Source of the DNA: a virus
Lineage: Duplodnaviria; Caudoviricetes
Direction: 5' to 3' (one strand)
Length of the DNA stretch: 38,792 nt
IMG/VR virus record: IMGVR_UViG_3300037484_001631
Location: 1-38,792 of that record
Part shown: in pieces, positions 8,520 to 16,051 of the stretch
How the letters are laid out: each line of letters opens with the position of its first letter
Position numbering within the stretch: the stretch's first letter is position 1
Notes under the pieces: generated by a model
Databases searched by the model: none
Seen by the model: the letters and a program-made list of their open reading frames with translations, nothing else
Told to the model about the DNA's origin: nothing
Made by a program: the position numbers and the translations under genes

Positions 8520-8738
8520 TCATTTTATTTTGCTTTTTTTCTCTTCCCGCACTTTTTCATGTTTATTCTTTAAAATTTTATCTTTTCTTTTTTGTGAATT
8601 AGTTTTATAGTACGAAACCTTTTCCAGGTGCTCCTTAATTATGTCTTGCTTTTTACATTTTTTGAAAAATCTTCTAATAAGTTTTTCTGATGTTTCTCCC
8701 CTTCCTAAGCGCACTTCAACCAAAATAGCACCTGACAT
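8520..8738 (-). CDS. rpsU: Phage-encoded ribosomal protein bS21
   Basis: 72 aa, very basic; VEV...GETSEKLIRRFFKKCKKQDIIKEH....YYKTNSQKRK follows the bS21 pattern V.V...E..E..LRRFK......I..E.....YEKPS..R; AAGGAG RBS. Confidence 0.8.
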   Translation of the reverse strand: MSGAILVEVRLGRGETSEKLIRRFFKKCKKQDIIKEHLEKVSYYKTNSQKRKDKILKNKHEKVREEKKSKIK

Positions 8739-8767
8739 GAATACTCCTTTATATCTTCTTTAATGTA

Positions 8768-9265
8768 TTATTGTTTAAGCTTTATAAACAAATTTCTCAA
8801 ATTGGGCATTTTAACTTCTGTTTTAGTCGGCGCAGCGGGGCGCGCAACAAGGCCCAAAAGACCTTTCTGGCCCTTAGTCAACGGCTTGCCGTGAACATGG
8901 CCATGTTTAAGCATTTTCTTGGCTTTCTCCCTAGAAATGTCAGATCCCATAGACGCCTCAGAAGCTTCGCCAACTGGAGGACCTGGGAAGGGGTCTTCGC
9001 CTTGCAGCGGCGGCGCATGAGACTTTGCTTTTTTCTCGCAGGTTCCAGCTTCCTCCATTTCGTCACCATATGCATCTGCATGGCGACGGAGGCGATCTTC
9101 ATCTTCAAGTTCAAGAGCTTCAGGTAAATCACCGTAAGAAACAGCGGTGCCGTCGTCTTCTAAGGCGTAGCCATATTTGTGTCGTCTCTCGCGATCGACA
9201 TCTTCCGCCAACTCCGAAAAACTCTTAACTAGCAATTCTCTCAATTGTTTCACTGTAACTTTCAT
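8768..9265 (-). CDS. Hypothetical protein, possible internal head protein
   Basis: 165-aa ORF, GGAG RBS, TATTTA motifs upstream; N-terminus MKVTVKQLRELL. Confidence 0.7.
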   Translation of the reverse strand: MKVTVKQLRELLVKSFSELAEDVDRERRHKYGYALEDDGTAVSYGDLPEALELEDEDRLRRHADAYGDEMEEAGTCEKKAKSHAPPLQGEDPFPGPPVGEASEASMGSDISREKAKKMLKHGHVHGKPLTKGQKGLLGLVARPAAPTKTEVKMPNLRNLFIKLKQ

Positions 9266-9300
9266 TGATTTATCTCCGATTTCTATAAATATAAATAAAA

Positions 9301-9639
9301 CTAACCAATAATACTTTTAATTGCATATCCCATAACGCCAGTAACAATACCAGCGCTAAGAACCCAGAGGGCCGTGACTTTTGCATCCATTCCCGCGTGT
9401 CTCACTTTTTCCGAGGTCAAACTTGACATCATTTTTTCTTGCTGTGCAGCCATATTTTTTACCATTTCAGACAAGTGAGGGATAGCTCCATTTTGTTTGT
9501 CTAATCTCTCTTTAATTTGTAAGGTAATTTGTCCGTTATTTTCAATATTTCTATCTAGCTTTTTTAATGATATTTCCATATTTTCGACCTCGACCTCCAA
9601 CACAGAAACTCTTTTATCTATTTCTATAATGTCTGACAT
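9301..9639 (-). CDS. Coiled-coil protein with C-terminal TM helix (XhlA/holin-like architecture)
   Basis: Start moved from 9726 to ATG 9639 (MSDIIEIDKRVSVLE) to remove the overlap with the upstream gene; heptad pattern, then LWVLSAGIVTGVMGYAI. Confidence 0.65.
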   Translation of the reverse strand: MSDIIEIDKRVSVLEVEVENMEISLKKLDRNIENNGQITLQIKERLDKQNGAIPHLSEMVKNMAAQQEKMMSSLTSEKVRHAGMDAKVTALWVLSAGIVTGVMGYAIKSIIG

Positions 9640-9643
9640 CTTC

Positions 9644-10414
9644 TTATCTTCTTCTGAACCCCATTCGACGAGACGTACCAGATCCTGGGTTCCCTCCTTG
9701 TGAAAATTGAGGAATAGAGCTACCAACTGGACTTGGTTTCATGATATCTAGATCGTCAGGTAATTCGTCAGGTGGGCGATCATTTGGCAGGTTAAACTCC
9801 CTTCCTGGGGGAGACGAAGACCAACCAGGGGTTCCTTGCTTACTCCAGCTTCTACCTGACGACGAAGTAGAGTTGGTTCTCGAATGTGGGGCAGATTTTG
9901 ATTGAACACCTTTACCAGAAACTCCTGGTTGATTTTTATCCATATTTGGATCAAATGCGCCCTGCATTAATGGGCGTCGGCGGCCTTTACTTCTAGGCGC
10001 CATGGCCGCAACCGTCATACTATCATAGGGCCAATCATCAGTTTTCTGTTTTGGGTCGGGGGGGAATTGATTTCTATTAACAGAATATGTCGGAAGACTA
10101 TTAACATAATTTCCAGCATCTTCTTTAATTTTTTCTTCCGATTCCAGATTAGGATCTTGATCTTTTCTGGAAGAGGCTGGCACAGGGTATTGTTTATTTG
10201 TTTCTATACCACGAGCAACCATGCCTTCTGTTTCGGCGGTTTTTGTGTGTTTAATTAAATCCATCGTTATTGTTTTAGCTTTTTCTCTGTGAAGACCCAA
10301 ATCCCGAGAAATAACAACAACAATATCTAAAGGCTGCATAACCTTAACAAGCTCAATAACCTTTTCATTAGATTTAAGCTGATCAATTAATCCTTTCAGT
10401 TCCAAATCCTGCAT
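9644..10414 (-). CDS. Hypothetical protein, largely disordered
   Basis: 256-aa ORF; its start overlaps the upstream stop (TAATG). Confidence 0.7.
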   Translation of the reverse strand: MQDLELKGLIDQLKSNEKVIELVKVMQPLDIVVVISRDLGLHREKAKTITMDLIKHTKTAETEGMVARGIETNKQYPVPASSRKDQDPNLESEEKIKEDAGNYVNSLPTYSVNRNQFPPDPKQKTDDWPYDSMTVAAMAPRSKGRRRPLMQGAFDPNMDKNQPGVSGKGVQSKSAPHSRTNSTSSSGRSWSKQGTPGWSSSPPGREFNLPNDRPPDELPDDLDIMKPSPVGSSIPQFSQGGNPGSGTSRRMGFRRR

Positions 10415-10722
10415 TATACTGTTGTCTCTGCTTGCATTTTTATGTAATCTACAATAGATTCAAAATCTTCACGAGGATCGACTTCGACCTCAAACGATCC
10501 AACATCTTTATCTTTGATTCTTAATATATTAAAATTTTGTTTTAACATATTAACAAGTATTCTAATCTTTGAAGGTAAAGAAGAATGTCCTTGAGGGGTA
10601 AATAATATTTTCTTTTCTGCGCGAAATACAGAAATAGTAAAATTATCATTTGGAAACTCTATAATGTTGTCTTCATCCTGTTCTTTCAGGATGCTTTCCC
10701 ATATGACTTTAAGTAGTATCAT
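10414..10722 (-). CDS. Hypothetical protein
   Basis: 102-aa ORF tiling the operon. Confidence 0.7.
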   Translation of the reverse strand: MILLKVIWESILKEQDEDNIIEFPNDNFTISVFRAEKKILFTPQGHSSLPSKIRILVNMLKQNFNILRIKDKDVGSFEVEVDPREDFESIVDYIKMQAETTV

Positions 10723-10726
10723 TGTG

Positions 10727-11935
10727 TTATTCTCTTCTTATTACGTATGGCCTGCCGCCAAAGCTAAATACAACCTTACCGCTCTTGGACCATTCAATTT
10801 CGGCTCCGTTAGGGTTAGACACCAGCTGCATCTTTAAAGCCCCACCTTGCGGAGATAATTCAATGTTTGCCGATTTTATAGTTTGTCCAGCAAGAGACTT
10901 ACCAATAACCAACTCTTCTGCGGCTGGTTTCCTTGTCGGCGTTGGGTCTTCAGTATTTGCGTTGGCAACATCTCCAACGTCTACGTCTATTTCGGATGAA
11001 TCTATTTTTTCTTTTGGACTATTATTTGTTTTTTTTTTAGCCAACCTATCCTTCCTTCCTTCTTCTTCCTTCACCACTTTTCCACTATGTGTCCTTGAGG
11101 AAGAAATTTGGCGTGAAGCAGGAATGGTTGTTACGGGCTGAGCGCTTGACATTGAAGTTCTAGAAATTTGAGCGCGGCCGCCGCCAGCCGTAGAAACATC
11201 GACAGCGCCAGTTAAGGCCCCAATCATAGAACCTATTTGTTGCTTTTCGTCGGAATCCGTTACTCTAGATATTTTAGAGTTTAAATCACGCAAAACCTGA
11301 GAAAGTTTATTGTGATCTCCAAGATTTGACATTGCATCCATAAAAGTCTTGCTCATGTTGGTGAATTCAACAGAAGCTTCTTTTATGGTTTTTGACTCCT
11401 GCTGTGGCGCGGTGAGCGGCATTACTTGGCCTGGCGGTTTCTTCATTATAGACTGCTTGCTGAGACCAAAATATTTCTTTAACTCCAATTCAGGCATACC
11501 TAGCATGGCTTTTTGCATTCCTACGGTTTTAGATAATCTTTGGAAATTCCCAGTAGGATTATTGGGGTCCCAAGGGCCCATTGATTGGGTTGCCTGCACG
11601 GCGGGCGAGTCAGCAATAGCGGATTTACGAGGAGGCAAAACGGTAGTAGGAACCTGAGTTTGAGCTTGGGCCCACACAGGTTTGTTCGGATCATATTCAC
11701 GACCAACACCAGGAGAAGTAGATTTTGTTGGTTGTTCTATTAGAAAATTTTCTTTTACACTGCGCACTTCTGTGACAGAAAAGGAAGTACCCTCCCTCAC
11801 AACCCTCCAAACTGTTTTTGTATCGCCAAACTTTGCAGTAATTATGGCGGATTTCTTTTCGGGCTTTGCCCCAAAATGCTCTTGAATTTTTCTTTTCAGA
11901 AGTTCTCTCTTGAGCATGCTTTCACCGTTTTTCAT
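10727..11935 (-). CDS. Hypothetical protein, possible internal head protein
   Basis: 402-aa ORF, GAGGGA RBS, TACTTA motif upstream, several (I/L/V)xE sites. Confidence 0.75.
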   Translation of the reverse strand: MKNGESMLKRELLKRKIQEHFGAKPEKKSAIITAKFGDTKTVWRVVREGTSFSVTEVRSVKENFLIEQPTKSTSPGVGREYDPNKPVWAQAQTQVPTTVLPPRKSAIADSPAVQATQSMGPWDPNNPTGNFQRLSKTVGMQKAMLGMPELELKKYFGLSKQSIMKKPPGQVMPLTAPQQESKTIKEASVEFTNMSKTFMDAMSNLGDHNKLSQVLRDLNSKISRVTDSDEKQQIGSMIGALTGAVDVSTAGGGRAQISRTSMSSAQPVTTIPASRQISSSRTHSGKVVKEEEGRKDRLAKKKTNNSPKEKIDSSEIDVDVGDVANANTEDPTPTRKPAAEELVIGKSLAGQTIKSANIELSPQGGALKMQLVSNPNGAEIEWSKSGKVVFSFGGRPYVIRRE

Positions 11936-12008
11936 TTTATGTCCCTCAAAAACTATTGACTATATGTAAGTACCTGGAAAAAACTGTAAACAAATATTAA
12001 AATTTCAA

Positions 12009-12473
12009 TTATTTCATAATATCCCTAAGCCTCTGAGTTCGGTATTCTCTTTTTTCAGCCAAATCATCTTCTTGTTGCCCTGTACCAGAAGAAACACCTT
12101 CGACAAATTTAGAATAATCGCGTAATATTCCTGTGCTTTCTAATATATGATTAGATATGCCTTCTTCTTGATCTTGGTAGGCTTGTTCATTAATTATAGG
12201 ATTTTCGTCTATATCAATATTTCCGTAAATATTATTCCACATGCCGTCATCGTCTATCCCGAGCTTTTTTTTCAAGGACTGCTTTAGCGCCTGCTTATCT
12301 TCATTCATCTGACGAGGTGGTGAAATAAAATTTGGCTGTGGAGCAGAAAACGAAACTTGCCTAGATATGACACTTTCTACTATTGATTTCATTTTTTCTT
12401 CTGAAAAAATTTCCAATAAAGATTCTCTAACATATTGTTTGATGATTTTCTTTAATTTTTTTTCAGCACTCAT
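12009..12473 (-). CDS. Hypothetical protein in head module
   Basis: 154-aa ORF, GGGAG RBS; N-terminus LKKIIKQYVRESLLE. Confidence 0.75.
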   Translation of the reverse strand: MSAEKKLKKIIKQYVRESLLEIFSEEKMKSIVESVISRQVSFSAPQPNFISPPRQMNEDKQALKQSLKKKLGIDDDGMWNNIYGNIDIDENPIINEQAYQDQEEGISNHILESTGILRDYSKFVEGVSSGTGQQEDDLAEKREYRTQRLRDIMK

Positions 12474-12495
12474 GCCAAACTCCCAAAATCACAAA

Positions 12496-12897
12496 TTAAT
12501 TATTAGCATTCAAAATTACATTCACGCTCCCAGAAAGACCTCCGTCGCTGCCGCTCGGCCATGCACGGACACGAAGTTGACTTACACTCACCCCGCTTGC
12601 CTGATAAGTATTCCAGCCGCTAGAAGTAAGAGGAGAAAATGAAGCCGTGTGATAAGATACCCAGTTTGTACCGTCTGGAGAAATGTCCACAGAGCCAGAT
12701 TTTAAGTTATTTACAGAATTATTTACGAGCGAAACTCTCCAGTTTGACCAGTGTGATATGTCCACGGGACCGAGAACTACAGCGTAGACCTCGCCCAAAA
12801 ATGTCGACGACAATGAAACCGTAATAGGCGGCCTTACAGGAAAAGAGTTAGGTGAAGTATTTATCCCTGGATAAAAATATGAACCTGAGATTGGCAT
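12496..12897 (-). CDS. Hypothetical beta-rich protein, possible capsid decoration
   Basis: 133 aa Ser/Gly-rich, SPDGTNW motif, directly downstream of the protease. Confidence 0.65.
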   Translation of the reverse strand: MPISGSYFYPGINTSPNSFPVRPPITVSLSSTFLGEVYAVVLGPVDISHWSNWRVSLVNNSVNNLKSGSVDISPDGTNWVSYHTASFSPLTSSGWNTYQASGVSVSQLRVRAWPSGSDGGLSGSVNVILNANN

Positions 12898-12899
12898 GA

Positions 12900-13499
12900 T
12901 TATTTCCTCAATATTTCGTTTACAATTCGATTAACTCTATCTACCTTTTGAAACATCTGTTTAATATTATCAAGAGAAATTTCTTTTCCTTCTCTTAGCC
13001 CAAGCCACGCTTTCTGCGTGGAAGGCTCAGAAACCAAGTCGAAAGCTACAAGCATAAAAGACTCCTCAACCATATCATAGCCCTCGCTTGTTCTGGTTGT
13101 CTCTCCTACTCCACGGCTTGAAATCCCAAGCCTTACTCCCGCAGACATTAGTTCTTGAGCTATGAGACCTTTCGGAGTATTTAACAATTCTAACACTCCA
13201 ACCACATCATCACCATCCCACTCGATTTCTCTAATAATGTGAGAAACCTTTTCTAGCGAAACAATAGAATTATCTGGATGATCTAGTTCCCCCGTAGCCC
13301 TACTTTCTAGCACTGCCTTTTTGTAATTCTCTACTTCTCTCTCTAAAATGGCGCGAGGGTAGATTCTTTTATTTTGATTAAGGGCGTCAGCGCGCTGCAG
13401 AATAGTCTTAACCAAAATAGGAGACTTTTTCTCTTTAGCTTCCTTTATTGCATTTCTGTCGTACCTTAAATCAAGATACTCTCGTAGCAGTATGGCCAT
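12900..13499 (-). CDS. gp21: Prohead core protein protease, T4 gp21-like
   Basis: NQNKRIYP, GELDHP (His), GISSRGVG (Ser), FDLVSEPS (Asp). Confidence 0.95.
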   Translation of the reverse strand: MAILLREYLDLRYDRNAIKEAKEKKSPILVKTILQRADALNQNKRIYPRAILEREVENYKKAVLESRATGELDHPDNSIVSLEKVSHIIREIEWDGDDVVGVLELLNTPKGLIAQELMSAGVRLGISSRGVGETTRTSEGYDMVEESFMLVAFDLVSEPSTQKAWLGLREGKEISLDNIKQMFQKVDRVNRIVNEILRK

Positions 13500-13507
13500 T
13501 TTTTTTA

Positions 13508-13774
13508 TTATCTCTTTTTGTCAAAAAATTCTTTCAAATCTAAAGTTTTAATCCACTCTATTTCCTTTGCAAGCTCGGCGTCGGCCCAGCCTAACTCTGG
13601 GTCCTGCGTTTCTACATCAGAAACCTCACGAGCCTTTTCGAATTCTTCTGTGATATAATTTTTAATTTCATCAACAGATAATCTTCTAGTATCAACCCGC
13701 GTAGTTGGCAAAGAAACTTCATTTAATTGATTAGTTTCCATAGCCGTGGCAATTATTTTAAATGCACTTTTCAT
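13508..13774 (-). CDS. Hypothetical protein
   Basis: 88-aa ORF tiling the operon. Confidence 0.7.
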   Translation of the reverse strand: MKSAFKIIATAMETNQLNEVSLPTTRVDTRRLSVDEIKNYITEEFEKAREVSDVETQDPELGWADAELAKEIEWIKTLDLKEFFDKKR

Positions 13775-13777
13775 CTT

Positions 13778-14872
13778 TTATCTCACCCCCTTGTACTTGT
13801 TTTTTAGTAAATTTTTCAATACCGCAATCTCCAATGGATTTAATCTATCTATAGCTTTATCTATTTTTAGTTCAACGTTTTTTAAATATTTATCTCTTTT
13901 TGCTGTCGCATCAACAACCTCACTCATATCATCAAATACTGTTTCCTGTATGTGCATCATTTCCGCGCGCAATAGTTTTGATTCATCACTTGGTGTCGAG
14001 TTCAAAATATGTCTTGTTTCTTCTGGAAAAAGGATTAACGGGCGGCCATTTTCGAGCTTTATCCCGAAATTTAATTTTTGATTAGATCCTTCGATTTTTA
14101 CGGCAAACCCCATAAATAAATCATTATTTTCATCCTGATCTACAGAGCCCCGAATAACCTCAAAGCTCCCAAGTGAAGCCAAAATATCAGAAAGCGCAGA
14201 AAGAGATTTTGACAAGATCTTAATCTCGATCTTGGCAACGTTTTTAAGTATTGATTTCAGCTTGGGATCTGCTAAAATCGTTTCTGGGGATAGCTTTGAA
14301 ATAAATTTTTCCCAGGATATAGAATCCTCGGAAGTCGGTGCCTGCTCAAACACATACGAAATCATACTGCCGCCTTCTGACAAAAGACCTACAATTGATT
14401 TTTTAACTTCCTTCATAAATTGCTCTTTTGCCACTTGCGCAATTGGTGCGAGCTTCGCTTTTGGGGCTATTTTTACTGTGTTTTTGGGCGTAGGATGGTC
14501 CTTGGGTTTCGGCTTTGGAATTTTTGTTTTGGATTTTTTTTGTTGTCGAATAATTCTTTGCTTTTCCCACGCAGTTTTTCTATCATCATAAGATCCAAGA
14601 GCGACACCTGTTTTATCGTCTACAACTGTCCATCGAGTGCCTTTCTTTTTTACGACCTCACTCAGCGGTTTATCGTATAGCAAAGAATATGTTGCCAGCA
14701 TTTCAAATAAATCTGCATCACCATAAGGAGCACTAGGGTTGATTTTCTTTTTCTTCCCTTTGGTTCGTTTAACAACACCGCCAAGGGGGCCAGCAAAGCC
14801 CTTTACGTTCCCTCCAGCCATAGTAGACGCTTCTTTGTTTATAGTTGGCTTCTTTTTTGCGGAAGGTTTCAT
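13778..14872 (-). CDS. Hypothetical protein in head module
   Basis: 364-aa ORF; basic N-terminal half with KPKPK, GGGAAG RBS. Confidence 0.75.
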   Translation of the reverse strand: MKPSAKKKPTINKEASTMAGGNVKGFAGPLGGVVKRTKGKKKKINPSAPYGDADLFEMLATYSLLYDKPLSEVVKKKGTRWTVVDDKTGVALGSYDDRKTAWEKQRIIRQQKKSKTKIPKPKPKDHPTPKNTVKIAPKAKLAPIAQVAKEQFMKEVKKSIVGLLSEGGSMISYVFEQAPTSEDSISWEKFISKLSPETILADPKLKSILKNVAKIEIKILSKSLSALSDILASLGSFEVIRGSVDQDENNDLFMGFAVKIEGSNQKLNFGIKLENGRPLILFPEETRHILNSTPSDESKLLRAEMMHIQETVFDDMSEVVDATAKRDKYLKNVELKIDKAIDRLNPLEIAVLKNLLKNKYKGVR

Positions 14873-14874
14873 CG

Positions 14875-15741
14875 TTATTTGCTTCCCATTTCGTCAGCCA
14901 AATTAACATAATGCAAAAGTTTTAAAATTTTCTGTTCACTAAGATCCTCAAAAGTTAATGTAGAAAATTCACTTTTACATTCTTCAAGTTTTTGCATTAA
15001 ATCTTTATCTGCACAAATAGATTCGTCTTGAATATTTAAAAGATTATTTTTTATTTTCTTAGATTCTTGTAATATCGACTTGCGCAATCCTTCAGATTTT
15101 CCAGAAATTAAAAACGCCGTATATTGCATAAGCAGACTTTTTTGAGCTTCAGTGAGCTTATTTTCATATTTCTTGTGAAATCTTTGCAGCAAAAAATTAT
15201 AAACAGTATTATTATAATTTGGATTTACTTTTATTGATTCATTTACGGTCGAGGTACGTTGCCTTGTTAGGTGATCAGACACGCTTTCTTCTATTTTTAC
15301 TTTGCTTGCGACATCTAAAATCTTCTTTTTATTTCTAGATTCGTTAAATAATGTTTGTATGGATGCATATATCGAATAATTTGGAATTTTATAATTATAG
15401 AAATCTTTCACTCCAAAAGAATGATTGATTTCTTTGATTAACTTACTTTTCTGCTCATCTATTTTTCTAGAGTTTTGTTTGGCTGCCGTCCTGCATGTAG
15501 AATCTATAATTTTTTGAGCCGAAGAAAGATTTTTTACATTAGTTTGTAAAATTACATTAAATAAATTTAATTCTTCCCGTAGGAGAGAATTTTCAGAAAA
15601 AAATCTTTTTGAAAGGTTTAACGCCTTTAGCGCGTCAGATTTTCTATTCTCGACAAGACACTTAGAAATGTGACGAATAATAAATTCATATAACAAAGCA
15701 GAATTTCTTTTTTTATTATGAACTCTAGATCTTTTATTCAT
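14875..15741 (-). CDS. Hypothetical head-assembly protein downstream of portal
   Basis: Start moved from 15828 to ATG 15741 (MNKRSRVHNKKRNSALLYEF) because the longer start lies inside the IS right end; helical protein. Confidence 0.75.
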   Translation of the reverse strand: MNKRSRVHNKKRNSALLYEFIIRHISKCLVENRKSDALKALNLSKRFFSENSLLREELNLFNVILQTNVKNLSSAQKIIDSTCRTAAKQNSRKIDEQKSKLIKEINHSFGVKDFYNYKIPNYSIYASIQTLFNESRNKKKILDVASKVKIEESVSDHLTRQRTSTVNESIKVNPNYNNTVYNFLLQRFHKKYENKLTEAQKSLLMQYTAFLISGKSEGLRKSILQESKKIKNNLLNIQDESICADKDLMQKLEECKSEFSTLTFEDLSEQKILKLLHYVNLADEMGSK

Positions 15742-15806
15742 TATGCTCAATGTCCTGTGTTGTATATATTCAGACAACAGATCTCCTACGTTTATATTAA
15801 TTACTT

Positions 15807-16027
15807 GTGAACTACCCACCCACGCCAAAGGCGACGGGATGGGCCTCGGGTTTCACAGCTTTGTGCTTCTTTGCGGAAGTCTTATTTATGGCTCCACCCG
15901 TGTTTTCGACAGTTCCTGCCGAGTTTAATATTTTTAATCCTTCTTTAAGCATATTCTTTCACAAGGTTAAATCACTATCTTTGTCGCTTACATCCCATTG
16001 GTTAAAGACCGATGGGTTTTATGCTCC
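15807..16027 (-). mobile_element. Non-autonomous IS200/IS605-family mini-element (internal deletion derivative, tnpB tail/omegaRNA region retained)
   Basis: Left-end hairpin CCCATCGGT-CTTTA-ACCAATGGG in GAGCATAAAA...ATGTAAGCGAC context; right-end hairpin CCCATCCCGTCGCC-TTT-GGCGTGGGTGGG followed by TAGTTCAC; TnpB-like C-terminal peptide between them. The left boundary is uncertain by a few bases. Confidence 0.75.
15812..15958 (-). pseudogene. tnpB: tnpB 3' remnant
   Basis: Translates KNMLKEGLKILNSAGTVENTGGAINKTSAKKHKAVKPEAHPVAFGVGG*, matching the recalled TnpB tail after RuvC-III (NA.KNILKEGL...AGT....G......EAHP.A..VGG); no catalytic residues remain. Confidence 0.7.
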
Positions 16028-16051
16028 ATCATATAAATATTCAAAACTATT

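Noticed and set aside
15742-15828. ORF-track N-terminal extension MAWVGSSQ... of the 14875 gene, and the plus-strand ORFs 15743..15928 and 15807..16130
   Set aside because: They begin in or cross the IS-like element; ATG 15741 is the more plausible start.
15812-15952. 46-aa ORF as a functional small protein
   Set aside because: No SD, and it is better explained as the tnpB tail left after deletion.
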